Source: a virus (taxonomy: Duplodnaviria; Heunggongvirae; Uroviricota; Caudoviricetes). From it: 64,000 bases of DNA. A model generated the notes under the pieces. It was not told the DNA's origin. It searched no databases and worked only from the letters and a program-made list of their open reading frames with translations. The stretch lies in IMG/VR virus record IMGVR_UViG_3300015360_000028, positions 1 to 64,000 of that record; one strand, written 5' to 3'. Position numbers and translations under genes: made by a program. This document shows positions 46,668 to 55,726 of the stretch, one piece after another; the stretch's first letter is position 1; each line of letters starts with the position of its first letter.

Positions 46668-47008
46668 TGGCCAAGAAAAAAGAAAGACACCCCGGGATTC
46701 GTATGATTCCTAAAGGGGATCATGAACATACAGGATTCAGGCTTGTTGAATATTGCCCCGGAGACGATCCACATGACAGGACAACCGCTGCCTGTATGGA
46801 TGCAGAAGTTTGGGTTTCTCATATCCCAGCATATTTCGCATTCGTGAACAAGTGCTGGAAAGAACGATATAGCCCAATGTTCAACTGGCATGATGAAAAA
46901 CTTTATCTCTATGCTGTTCACACGTACAAGGGAACGAAGGAATTCAAGAAAGATAAATGGCGCGATTTTATACCGTCAGAAATTCTTCTCGATTTACATC
47001 AAGAATAA
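46664..47008 (+). CDS. hypothetical protein
   Basis: 114-aa ORF. Confidence 0.4.
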   Translation: MMAKKKERHPGIRMIPKGDHEHTGFRLVEYCPGDDPHDRTTAACMDAEVWVSHIPAYFAFVNKCWKERYSPMFNWHDEKLYLYAVHTYKGTKEFKKDKWRDFIPSEILLDLHQE

Positions 47009-47198
47009 TGTTACTATAAAGATTGGTAGGGGCAGGGTCCAGCAGTGGAAGGGCTAGTTCGTTACTGACCAAAAAAACTGAACGGAGAGGTCACGCCTCT
47101 AGCTCACTTTTGGTTAAGAACTAAATGGAGTCTTGGGAAAGAGTTCGTGACTTGAGTAGTCTAGAGACACCAGCCATTTTTAATAAATAAGGAATAGA

Positions 47199-47402
47199 GT
47201 GAATTTAATCTCTCCCGAAGACCTCATTAAAGAAGACTTCAAGAAATGGTTTGAAGCGCAAGTTGAATGGTGGCATTCTGCCGCTGCTTTCAACGGTCTC
47301 TATAAAACCTACAGAGCTTTGAGAAAAAGCCTGGATCACGACAAATCAATTGACGCATTGCAGTCTACGATCTCAGCGATCAGAAACGAATATGGCGACT
47401 AA
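47199..47402 (+). CDS. hypothetical protein (GTG start)
   Basis: 67 aa; RBS aaggaa upstream. Confidence 0.35.
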   Translation: MNLISPEDLIKEDFKKWFEAQVEWWHSAAAFNGLYKTYRALRKSLDHDKSIDALQSTISAIRNEYGD

Positions 47403-47748
47403 CAAGGAATAAGATATTACTAGCAATGGATTTTCTGTAAAGAATTTTCCATATGATGTAGGTAATAATAAACAGTTTATATCCATCGGGCAGAGAACAA
47501 TTCATGTTCCGCAATCTCCCGACAAGAGTGAATATCGTTACGATGAGGGATTCCCGTTACTTCGGGACACTTTTATTTTTACATTTGACGGCGGACGAAT
47601 AGACCTTCCCAAAGGTACGCCATTATTTTTTACATACCCCGCAGAAGTCTTTTTAGGCAAATCCGTAGGTTTCTCAAGAGATACACACGTCGCCAAGGTT
47701 TCATTAACGAGCATAAACCAACCCGAAGGTTTTGTTCCAATAAGTTAT

Positions 47749-48459
47749 GTGCAAAAGCCATCATCAACAGCGCAGAGCAGGATTGGCAACGGGTCATACT
47801 CGCAATATTGCGTATTCAAAGAATTGGAAAAGTTCTGTGTTCAACGAAAGCTCAGCTTTGAGTTAGACGGTATTGCGCCTCCAGGTAGCAATAAACCTGA
47901 CATCGAAGTACAAATTAAGAAACGCAAGTTTCAAGTCGAAGTGAAGAATGCACACAATAGGAAATCTTATATTACTATCTTCGACAAGAGCATTTCTAGA
48001 AATTCTGTAATTCCACCTGATCTGAACTATCTGGCTAGAATGTTTATCGTGTTTGACAGAAAGACACATCACAAAATAAACGATTCTACAAAATATTCAT
48101 TTGACTTCTTGGGGATTTTAGATTATATTAAGGACAATTTAGAGCCTGCTACTGGGTTATCAGAAGACGCTCACACGTCGAAGTCGGGTAGAATGCCCGA
48201 GTTCTTTAAGACAGAAGACCATCTGATCTTAGAATTTGTGAGACGGTTTATTCAAGATAATTTAGTTGAGTCTAATAATCATTATCTCGCAGTATTCAAT
48301 AAGAAGGACGAGACAACTAAATTCTTTCACACAGGACTAGGTAGAAACGTGCTGCGGATGCCTGAGCTTCCGAAGTTGAAGAAATTTCTTCTATCAACTT
48401 ACGGTGGGCCGAATGCATCTTCGACACGAGTTGGAATAAAGGTACAGTTCGATGTTTAA
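47749..48459 (+). CDS. PD-(D/E)xK nuclease-fold protein; reading frame stays open upstream to 47413 without a canonical start
   Basis: KPDIEVQIKKRKFQVEVKNA is a PD...EVK motif. The in-frame upstream 112 codons encode non-repetitive protein-like sequence. Confidence 0.45.
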   Translation: MQKPSSTAQSRIGNGSYSQYCVFKELEKFCVQRKLSFELDGIAPPGSNKPDIEVQIKKRKFQVEVKNAHNRKSYITIFDKSISRNSVIPPDLNYLARMFIVFDRKTHHKINDSTKYSFDFLGILDYIKDNLEPATGLSEDAHTSKSGRMPEFFKTEDHLILEFVRRFIQDNLVESNNHYLAVFNKKDETTKFFHTGLGRNVLRMPELPKLKKFLLSTYGGPNASSTRVGIKVQFDV

Positions 48460-49012
48460 TTTGATTGACCATTTGGTAGGAAGACATATACAATTTGAGC
48501 GTTATGGTTCGATAACCATTGACGACAACGATGTAGATCCAAGCGCGACCTTTATTCTATATAATCTGTCTGGTCAGATAGTAGGCTATCAGACATATCG
48601 ACCTCTGCAAGATAAAGAAAGACGCAACCACGAAACTCTTGGCCGTTATTATTCCTATGTTAAAATAGAAGGGGATGATCAGACTAAAGGTAAAAGAGCA
48701 ATCGGCGTCTGGGGGTTAGAAACTTTTGACTATAAACCTGATGTGCTATTTGTCACTGAGGGGATCTTTGATGCAATACGGGTCCACAACCTGGGGTATC
48801 CAGCAGTGGCTCTTCTGTCGAACAATCCAAAAAGACTCTATAGCTGGCTGAATAGTTTGAATCGTAGGATTATAGCAATTTGCGACAGCGGTGATGCTGG
48901 AAAGAAGCTAGCCAAGATGGGCCACTCAGCTGCTTTCTGTACAGAAGGCAATGATCTTGGGAGTTTGAGCGACGAAGAAGTACTCAAAATAATTGCGAAT
49001 TCTGTAAAATAA
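48452..49012 (+). CDS. Toprim-domain protein (primase-like catalytic core, no zinc ribbon)
   Basis: VLFVTEGIFDAIRV supplies the Glu. IIAICDSGDAGKK supplies DxD. Confidence 0.5.
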   Translation: MFNLIDHLVGRHIQFERYGSITIDDNDVDPSATFILYNLSGQIVGYQTYRPLQDKERRNHETLGRYYSYVKIEGDDQTKGKRAIGVWGLETFDYKPDVLFVTEGIFDAIRVHNLGYPAVALLSNNPKRLYSWLNSLNRRIIAICDSGDAGKKLAKMGHSAAFCTEGNDLGSLSDEEVLKIIANSVK

Positions 49013-49015
49013 TTC

Positions 49016-49043
49016 TTGATTAATTTGTGGAAATGTTTATATT
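49016..49043 (+). promoter_or_regulatory. promoter TTGATT-N16-TATATT at the left edge of the GC-rich island
   Basis: ttgatt at 49016-49021, tatatt at 49038-49043. It shares tatattcagaatat with the ligase promoter. Confidence 0.45.
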
Positions 49044-49077
49044 CAGAATATGATGACCAGTTAAGGTGTCATAGAAG

Positions 49078-49497
49078 ATGGAGAACAACATGACCGACAC
49101 ACAACCAAAGACTGGCGTTCGCAAGGCCAAGGTCTTCGATCGCGCAACCATTCTGGCCGTGGCCAAGGCGATTGCTGCCGGCCAGGAAGTAACCCAGATG
49201 TCCCGCTACCATGTGGAACACGCCTTCTTGGGCAAGGTGGCCAACGAAATCCCGAAGTTGGGAATCCGTGGTCGCCCCAAGCGCAAATTTGTATTCACCG
49301 CCACCGGCCGCAAGTGGTACGAGCAGATGTTGGAAACCGAGCAGCCGGCGCCGTCGATCGCCAAGGTGAAGGTCGCCAAGACCCCCAAGGAACCGGCCAA
49401 ATCGAAGCCGTTGACCGCCGAGCAGAAGGCCCGGAAGAATCACATGGCCATGTTGCGCCGTGAAGCTGTTAAGGCTTTGAAGCCTGTAGCAGCCTAA
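49078..49497 (+). CDS. GC-rich basic DNA-binding-like protein, paralog A (AT-hook-like GRPK motif)
   Basis: About 60% GC. KVFDRATILAV...MSRYHV...GIRGRPKRKFVF is paralogous to 50432..50776. Lys/Pro-rich tail. Confidence 0.5.
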   Translation: MENNMTDTQPKTGVRKAKVFDRATILAVAKAIAAGQEVTQMSRYHVEHAFLGKVANEIPKLGIRGRPKRKFVFTATGRKWYEQMLETEQPAPSIAKVKVAKTPKEPAKSKPLTAEQKARKNHMAMLRREAVKALKPVAA

Positions 49498-49515
49498 GAA
49501 GTTGTACTGCGTACT

Positions 49516-49539
49516 GAGGGGGCTTCGGCCCCCTCTTTA
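49516..49539 (+). terminator. rho-independent terminator (8-bp GC stem, UUCG loop, T tract)
   Basis: gagggggc ttcg gccccctc ttta. Confidence 0.8.
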
Positions 49540-49557
49540 ACAATTCAAAAATACTTC

Positions 49558-50007
49558 TTGTTAAGAAAACGTTTCAACTTTATATTTGATTTGAGCGTAG
49601 ACTTTTCAAAGGAGACAAAATTGCTCACCAAAACCAGAAAACCTAAGAAGGCATCAAAGGAGCGGCTCTGCCAAGTGTCGTTCCTTATAAGTGAGTTTGA
49701 GGTCGGCACTCTTGCTGCAGATTTAAGCAGCAGGGTATCCGATTTCCAAATGAGATGGGTCGAAGATATTCCATACCATTTGAACAAGCCACGTATTGAT
49801 GGCAAGCGCAAGTCAGGCACCGACAAGCTGATCAAATGGATTGGCAAGGCCGGTAAAGATGGTCTCGCCACTGAAGTTGGCCGCAAGCTCTACGAGAAGG
49901 CAGGCTTCAAACCAGGAGCATATTATGCCGCGATTGCCCGGCTGTCGAAACTCGGCCGTGTCAAGAGAAGCAAAGGCAAGGCTTTTCTTATTGAAGGGAA
50001 GAAGTAA
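49558..50007 (+). CDS. hypothetical basic protein in GC-rich island
   Basis: 149 aa, elevated GC in the 3' half. Confidence 0.4.
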   Translation: MLRKRFNFIFDLSVDFSKETKLLTKTRKPKKASKERLCQVSFLISEFEVGTLAADLSSRVSDFQMRWVEDIPYHLNKPRIDGKRKSGTDKLIKWIGKAGKDGLATEVGRKLYEKAGFKPGAYYAAIARLSKLGRVKRSKGKAFLIEGKK

Positions 50008-50009
50008 TC

Positions 50010-50303
50010 ATGGCAAAAGCAAAGCGCAAAGCTAAGAAAGGCCGGCATTCGACAGGGGTCCAAAAAATCAGCCAATATCTTTCCTATCGATTTGTCGACA
50101 AAGATCCAGTGATTGATGAGTTGAGAACGTTGATTGCTGATGATGGATCGTCTTGGCAGGATATCAATGCCCGGAGCGGCGTGAGCGTCACCACTCTTCG
50201 TGGTTGGTTTACGAAAAACACGCGCCGCCCACAATCGGCGTCTATTGAAGCCGTTGGACGTGCCATCGGAAGAAAAAGAATTTGGGTCAAGAACAAGGCC
50301 TGA
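50010..50303 (+). CDS. HTH (XRE-like) DNA-binding protein
   Basis: INARSGVSVTTLRGWFTKNTRRPQSASIEAV is an HTH_3-like helix-turn-helix. Basic N-terminus. Confidence 0.45.
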   Translation: MAKAKRKAKKGRHSTGVQKISQYLSYRFVDKDPVIDELRTLIADDGSSWQDINARSGVSVTTLRGWFTKNTRRPQSASIEAVGRAIGRKRIWVKNKA

Positions 50304-50431
50304 ATTGATTAACTCTTTTCAAGAAAGATTAGATCATTTTAAAATATCTAGTTGACATCTACTGATTTAGTCACTATGTTCGTGATAGGCGAGAAGCTAT
50401 TTAATGCCTTCAAAGCATTATAGTAATTTCG

Positions 50432-50776
50432 TTGAAAGTTAGTAGTGTCAAACAGGAGAAATACATTATGTCGCGTCAAACAAGAGTTTTTGATCGTCCA
50501 ACAGTCGTCAACGTATTGGGTATTTTGTCGAAGGAACTTCCAGTTCCTGCGAAAACTATGACCCGCTACCACATCAGCCGCAATCTCGGTGAAATCTTGG
50601 GCTTCATCGCCTACGAAAAGCCGGAGATGGGCGATATTGGGCGGCCGAAGGGCAAGTTCGTTTTGACCACGAAGGGGCGTAGTTTCCTGGGCCGAGAGCT
50701 GCGAGCGAGCGAAGCACGACGTGCTTTCGACAAGAAGGCTGGTCGCAAGTCTACGCAACGTCTCACGGCCGCCTAG
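50432..50776 (+). CDS. GC-rich basic DNA-binding-like protein, paralog B
   Basis: RVFDRPTVVNV...MTRYHI...GDIGRPKGKFVL parallels 49078..49497. Confidence 0.5.
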   Translation: MKVSSVKQEKYIMSRQTRVFDRPTVVNVLGILSKELPVPAKTMTRYHISRNLGEILGFIAYEKPEMGDIGRPKGKFVLTTKGRSFLGRELRASEARRAFDKKAGRKSTQRLTAA

Positions 50777-50790
50777 TCTTTAAGTCGTAA

Positions 50791-50835
50791 GGGAGAAGAC
50801 CGGGTCGCAGGACCCGGTCTTCTCCCTGTCTTTGT
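50791..50835 (+). terminator. rho-independent terminator (16-bp stem)
   Basis: gggagaagaccgggtc gcag gacccggtcttctccc tgtctttg. Confidence 0.8.
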
Positions 50836-51120
50836 TAGTAGTGACTGATTCAAGCAGGTGTCAAAGTCTGCATAAACAGTTGCAAAAGATATTGGATAAC
50901 CGCTTTTTACTGCCTTCTCGTCGTTTCTTTTTATCTTTATCCCTTACAGAACAGTAATAACATATCAGCCATGTTCCTTCAATAACAGAAGTTGATTATT
51001 TAAAATTATTCACTTCCTGAACAATCTGCTTGATAAAATCTACTGTTATGTTTAACATAGTTCTAAGGCAACTGATTTAACACAGATTAGTATGACAAGA
51101 TAAAATAGCGGGAGTGGTAA

Positions 51121-51498
51121 ATGACTTTAATTGCAGGGTATGAAGTCGCAACTAACAATAATCGAATTTGGATCGCGCACCGAGAAAAACTTACCAAAAC
51201 AGGCAATGACTGGAACTGGGAATTTCTTATCATATCACCTAACATAGACCTCGGCGTTCAGATCAGAGAATACCAAGAATTTTACGATTTGCAATATGGC
51301 AAAGGCAATCTCGAATGGCATTGCGACGATAAGCCACCGCTGAAGCATGTCGATAAAATGATTGAAGCCGCCGACATGATTCTCGCCGCAGCACAAGACG
51401 AATATGACTCGTTATTGTATGCTCGTGATAATTATGTTGAAATTCCCAATGATGGCGAAGACAGTGAATGCGAACGATGCCTTCACTGTCTACATTAG
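51121..51498 (+). CDS. hypothetical protein with Cys-rich C-terminus
   Basis: 125 aa ending ECERCLHCLH. Confidence 0.4.
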   Translation: MTLIAGYEVATNNNRIWIAHREKLTKTGNDWNWEFLIISPNIDLGVQIREYQEFYDLQYGKGNLEWHCDDKPPLKHVDKMIEAADMILAAAQDEYDSLLYARDNYVEIPNDGEDSECERCLHCLH

Positions 51499-51561
51499 AA
51501 TCTTGACTTTATTCAGTTATCCCTTTATAATGTAAGCATAAATTATGCCAAGGATGAATGA

Positions 51562-51915
51562 ATGCAAGGGAAGCGAATACCACGTAGCTTAGTGATAGCG
51601 CAAAGAACGCACGCAGAGTTTCTAAACAAGCATGGAATAGGTGAGATTAAGTTCGATCGCCGTAACATGCCGAATTTCTTCCCTGAAGTATTTGTACCAG
51701 ATCCAAGAGTGGCGAAGACTTCGGACTGCGTCCCAAGAGGCGTTGGAACCAAGAAGGATTTGCTATATCGACACAAATGGCAAAGGGGCGCTGAAGAAAG
51801 CGATGCGACCGTTGCGGCAATGTATGAAAAGGCGAATAGTGTTGGAGTACCTTATAACAAAGGGCCTGCAATGTTTATAATGAAATCAGATGTTTCAAGC
51901 CTAGGTAAGAAATGA
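51562..51915 (+). CDS. hypothetical protein
   Basis: 117-aa ORF. Confidence 0.4.
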   Translation: MQGKRIPRSLVIAQRTHAEFLNKHGIGEIKFDRRNMPNFFPEVFVPDPRVAKTSDCVPRGVGTKKDLLYRHKWQRGAEESDATVAAMYEKANSVGVPYNKGPAMFIMKSDVSSLGKK

Positions 51916-52019
51916 TGAAACGCTCCCTTATTATAAATAATGGATGCACAAACTGCGGGAAGAAAGCCAAAGCTGGAATGTTTAAAAGATGGCATGACGC
52001 TAATTGTAGAGGAACCTAA

Positions 52020-52265
52020 ATGGCCGCAACCGTAGAAATTTATAGCAAAGACAATTGCTCGTACTGCACATCATCGAAACTGTTTTTCGATAGAAATAAG
52101 ATCCCGTATACAGAGTTCAAATTGAATCGGGATTATACAGTTGAAGAATTTAAAGAAAAATTCCCTTCAGCTAGAACTGTTCCGCAAATCATAATCAATG
52201 GCGAGAGCATAGGTGGATACGACGAACTGATTAAGAAGGGTCAAGAACTGAAACTTGCAGTATAA
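52020..52265 (+). CDS. glutaredoxin (NrdC-like)
   Basis: VEIYSKDNCSYCTSSKLFF (CxxC) ... TVPQIIINGESIGGYDEL. Confidence 0.75.
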   Translation: MAATVEIYSKDNCSYCTSSKLFFDRNKIPYTEFKLNRDYTVEEFKEKFPSARTVPQIIINGESIGGYDELIKKGQELKLAV

Positions 52266-53253
52266 ACTAGTCGACACCGAAGAAGCGCCTCCACAAAGAT
52301 TTAAGTTTAAAGACGTAGCACCAGACAAAAACGGAATTCATGCCAAATCAAATGGTGGCACTGAACAACTCTACCGTTATCTGACCAGCCACTTAGATCC
52401 AAAACTCTTAGATAATTTTCAGATCATTTGCTCTCGAGTTAGAGATGCTGATTTAGATCCAAGCAAGAAAAAGATTCTCTGGTTACATGACACTTATGAT
52501 GACCCAGAATCTCAGCATCTAAAGGTTAAGGAAAGCAGAGATAGATTCGATCAATTGGTGTTCGTGTCTAACTATCAATTCCAGACATATCACACAAATC
52601 TAGGAGTTCCTTACGATAAATCTATCGTACTGAAGAACGCAATCGTACCATTTGGACCGGTTAAGAAACCTCCTGTGAAAGACGGTTTACGTCTAATATA
52701 CCACACAACCCCACACAGGGGCTTAGAAATTCTAATCCCAGTGTTTATGGAGTTAGTAAAAAAACATCCCGCCATACACTTAGATGTGTACTCATCATTC
52801 AAAATTTATGGTTGGCCAGAAAGAGATGAAGCTTATAGAAGATTGTTTGATGCTTGTGATGTCCATCCAAACATCACTAATCATGGCAGCGTATCTAATA
52901 GTGAAGTACGAAAGGCATTGGAACGCGCGCATATGTTTGCTTTCCCATCCATCTGGCCAGAGACTTCTTGTTTGGCAGCTCTCGAATCGATGTCGGCGGG
53001 TTGCGCGGTTGTTGCGAATGACTACGCGGCCTTACCAGAGACCCTCAACTCTTACGGTTTCACCTATAGATGGACAGAAAACAAAGTAGAAAATATGCAA
53101 CGGTTTGCATCGCTCTTGAACGCAGTCATTACCAATTATTCAGGCGAGACGGTACGGAACAATATCGAAAAGCAAAAAGAATACATTAGAGTCCAATACA
53201 ATTGGGAGTATAGATTAAAAGAATGGGAACATATGTTACGGCAGCTTCTCTAA
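52255..53253 (+). CDS. glycosyltransferase (GT-B, GT1/GT4-like)
   Basis: C-terminal FAFPSIWPETSCLAALESMSAGCAVVAND. Confidence 0.6.
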   Translation: MQYKLVDTEEAPPQRFKFKDVAPDKNGIHAKSNGGTEQLYRYLTSHLDPKLLDNFQIICSRVRDADLDPSKKKILWLHDTYDDPESQHLKVKESRDRFDQLVFVSNYQFQTYHTNLGVPYDKSIVLKNAIVPFGPVKKPPVKDGLRLIYHTTPHRGLEILIPVFMELVKKHPAIHLDVYSSFKIYGWPERDEAYRRLFDACDVHPNITNHGSVSNSEVRKALERAHMFAFPSIWPETSCLAALESMSAGCAVVANDYAALPETLNSYGFTYRWTENKVENMQRFASLLNAVITNYSGETVRNNIEKQKEYIRVQYNWEYRLKEWEHMLRQLL

Positions 53254-53453
53254 ACTTCTTCGGCAAGGAGTTGATAAACAGAGCAAACGATCAAGACAAT
53301 TTTCCACGAATGGACACAGAGCGGCTTGATATATCAATATCATCAGGCAAAGCCAGGTTCATGGGCGAAGAAATAGCCAAGCTGGAAGCCGAGCGCGACC
53401 AGTTAAAGGCCGATTTGAAACGGCTTCAAGATTTAAACAGCATAGGAATATAG
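53223..53453 (+). CDS. hypothetical coiled-coil protein
   Basis: 76-aa ORF. Confidence 0.3.
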   Translation: MGTYVTAASLNFFGKELINRANDQDNFPRMDTERLDISISSGKARFMGEEIAKLEAERDQLKADLKRLQDLNSIGI

Positions 53454-53496
53454 GAGGGATTTAGTTATAAATAAACGGTTAATCCAAGGAAATAAA

Positions 53497-53856
53497 ATGG
53501 AAATTAAGAATAAAAAAGAAGACAACATCTATATATTTCCACTAATGAAAAGACATAAAGATCAGAAAATAGATTTAAATGTCATACCAAAAGAAGATCT
53601 AAACAAGTTCGTGCATCATTATATGAAGCAACTGCTCGCTCAAATGAGCAATCACGGTATCCCGATGACGACCAGATTCTTCAAGGACTATAACCTAGTT
53701 CATGAATCGTTAAGATCGGCACTCATGCGTCAAAGCGGATACTTTCACCCAATCCAAGATATTGTAGATACCTTAGACGGCGGGATGGAAATCCCCCAGG
53801 AACTTGAAGATGACTTAGAGGTCATTGTTGATCCTGAGGAAGACGAAAAAGAATAA
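53497..53856 (+). CDS. hypothetical acidic protein
   Basis: 119 aa; TATAAATA at 53466-53473 upstream. Confidence 0.4.
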   Translation: MEIKNKKEDNIYIFPLMKRHKDQKIDLNVIPKEDLNKFVHHYMKQLLAQMSNHGIPMTTRFFKDYNLVHESLRSALMRQSGYFHPIQDIVDTLDGGMEIPQELEDDLEVIVDPEEDEKE

Positions 53857-53864
53857 GGAAATCT

Positions 53865-54701
53865 ATGATACTAATTGATTATAATGGTGTTGCTATTTCA
53901 AGCATTATGCTACAAATGAAAGGCGCCGATGATTTTGATGAATCATTTATTCGGCACATTATCTTGAACAATATACGCCATGCCAGAGCAAAGTTTCTCG
54001 ACAAATACGGTGAAATCACTATTTGTTGCGACGGACCAAACGTCTGGAGAAAAACAGTTTTCCCATATTATAAAGCAAATCGGAAAGCTTCAAGAGAAGC
54101 AGCGACATTTGATTGGCCTGGTCTTTTTAAGATTATGAATAAAATTCGTACTGAACTAAAAGAAAACTTCCCATATAAGACATTGTTGATTGATGGTTTA
54201 GAAGCAGATGACATCATCGCTGTTTTAGCGCATCAAACATCTGGGCCTCATGTCATTGTCTCAAATGATAAAGACTTTTTTCAATTACAGAAACTTACCG
54301 ACTTGGCTATCTATTCACCTAGAGAAAGCAAGATGGTAAAATGTGACAGCCCTGATAGATTCCTTGTGGAACAAATTATTAGAGGCGACAAGTCTGATGG
54401 AGTTCCTAATATTTTGAGTGCTGATGATACGTTCATTATGAACAAGCGTCAAGGAACAATTACAAGTAAGAAACTAGAACATTGGATATCTTCTGTTCCT
54501 GAGAACGTCTTTGACGAAGACACACTTGCTCGATATAAAAGAAACGAGCAGCTTATCTCATTGATGAATTTGCCTGAAAAGGTAAAGATCGCAACTATGG
54601 ATGAATATGCTAAGCCAGGAGTCACAGACAGATCGAAGCTTCTTCCTTATTTTATCAAAAGCAGTTTGCGTAATATGATTGATAAGATCACCGAATTTTA
54701 A
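53865..54701 (+). CDS. rnh: RNase H / 5'-3' flap exonuclease (T4 rnh-like FEN)
   Basis: ILIDYNGVAISS ... CCDGPNVWRKTVFPYYKANRK ... EADDII. Confidence 0.7.
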   Translation: MILIDYNGVAISSIMLQMKGADDFDESFIRHIILNNIRHARAKFLDKYGEITICCDGPNVWRKTVFPYYKANRKASREAATFDWPGLFKIMNKIRTELKENFPYKTLLIDGLEADDIIAVLAHQTSGPHVIVSNDKDFFQLQKLTDLAIYSPRESKMVKCDSPDRFLVEQIIRGDKSDGVPNILSADDTFIMNKRQGTITSKKLEHWISSVPENVFDEDTLARYKRNEQLISLMNLPEKVKIATMDEYAKPGVTDRSKLLPYFIKSSLRNMIDKITEF

Positions 54702-54713
54702 GGAGAAGAAAAC

Positions 54714-55154
54714 ATGTCTAATCTAAAGACATTCACAGAAATTTTTAACGAAGTAGACGCAGCAAAAGGCAATGCAGAAAAGATTGCCGTTCTTCATAAG
54801 AACTCAAGCAAACAATTTAAGGAAATACTTGGGCTGATCTATAATCCAAAAGTCAAATGGAAAGTGCCAGAGGGAACTCCGCCATACACTCTTCCTCAAG
54901 AAGATGAGAACTTATTGCGTGGAAGAATATATCAAGAGATGAAGCGCCTGTCATATTTTACCAACCTCTCACCATATCCAGATATGAAGAAGAGAAAATT
55001 GGAATCTATGTTCATTGACATGCTTCAAACAATTCATCCTGCAGATGCAAAACTTCTTTGTCATGCTAAGGATGCTCGTACAGTTCCACAGAAATCTGTA
55101 ACAAAGAAACTTATTGAAGAAGCATTCCCTCTATTGGCGGAAAAATGGAAATAA
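54714..55154 (+). CDS. hypothetical protein
   Basis: 146-aa ORF. Confidence 0.4.
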   Translation: MSNLKTFTEIFNEVDAAKGNAEKIAVLHKNSSKQFKEILGLIYNPKVKWKVPEGTPPYTLPQEDENLLRGRIYQEMKRLSYFTNLSPYPDMKKRKLESMFIDMLQTIHPADAKLLCHAKDARTVPQKSVTKKLIEEAFPLLAEKWK

Positions 55155-55726
55155 AAAGAGTTCGAATAATTGGCAATGGTCTAACCAGAACCCAATTAGA
55201 TGTAGGTGGTATCTATTCAGGATCGCCGATATATGGTTGCAATGCTTTGTATCGTGAACAAGATCCGGGAATGATCGATATGCTTTTTGCTCTAGATGAG
55301 AAGATGATCCAAGAAATTAGAGATTCAGATTTTCCTCAAGAGAAACTCTATGCCCCCCCAGAAGATCAATGTTATGAACCAGAAGAATATAATCCAAATC
55401 GTCCTAGAGCAAATGCAGGAATGATTGCCATGCAATACGCCATCGATCAAGGGTTCAACGAACTTGTTTGTTTTGGAATGGATTTTGTAATTGAGAACGC
55501 CGCATTAAATCTCGGCAACATTTTTGATGGCTCTAATGCTTATGGCCCAGAAACAAAGACCTCTTTGGCAGATACAGCGGCGAGAACGAAATACTTTACA
55601 TGGTTTGCTAACAAGAATCCTAAAGTGAACTTTGTCTTCATCTTTCCAGAATCTCAGAGTTTGATCTTCAGGAAAATAGATGCAGAAAATGTTTATGGAG
55701 AGTTGCGAGATGTTTTTAACGGATAA
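55145..55726 (+). CDS. hypothetical protein
   Basis: 193-aa ORF. Confidence 0.4.
   Translation: MEIKRVRIIGNGLTRTQLDVGGIYSGSPIYGCNALYREQDPGMIDMLFALDEKMIQEIRDSDFPQEKLYAPPEDQCYEPEEYNPNRPRANAGMIAMQYAIDQGFNELVCFGMDFVIENAALNLGNIFDGSNAYGPETKTSLADTAARTKYFTWFANKNPKVNFVFIFPESQSLIFRKIDAENVYGELRDVFNG

Noticed and set aside
47060-47186. tRNA-like 3' end (…agtctagagacacca) in the intergenic region before 47199
   Set aside because: There is no T-loop consensus (the loop is tgagt with stem gact/agtc). The acceptor pairing needs a mismatch. No anticodon arm could be built.
49069-49443. 124-aa minus-strand ORF mirroring the GC-rich gene 49078..49497
   Set aside because: It is typical of the long antisense open frames generated by GC-rich codon usage. 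The plus-strand gene has a paralog, a promoter, an RBS and a terminator, so the minus ORF is discounted.
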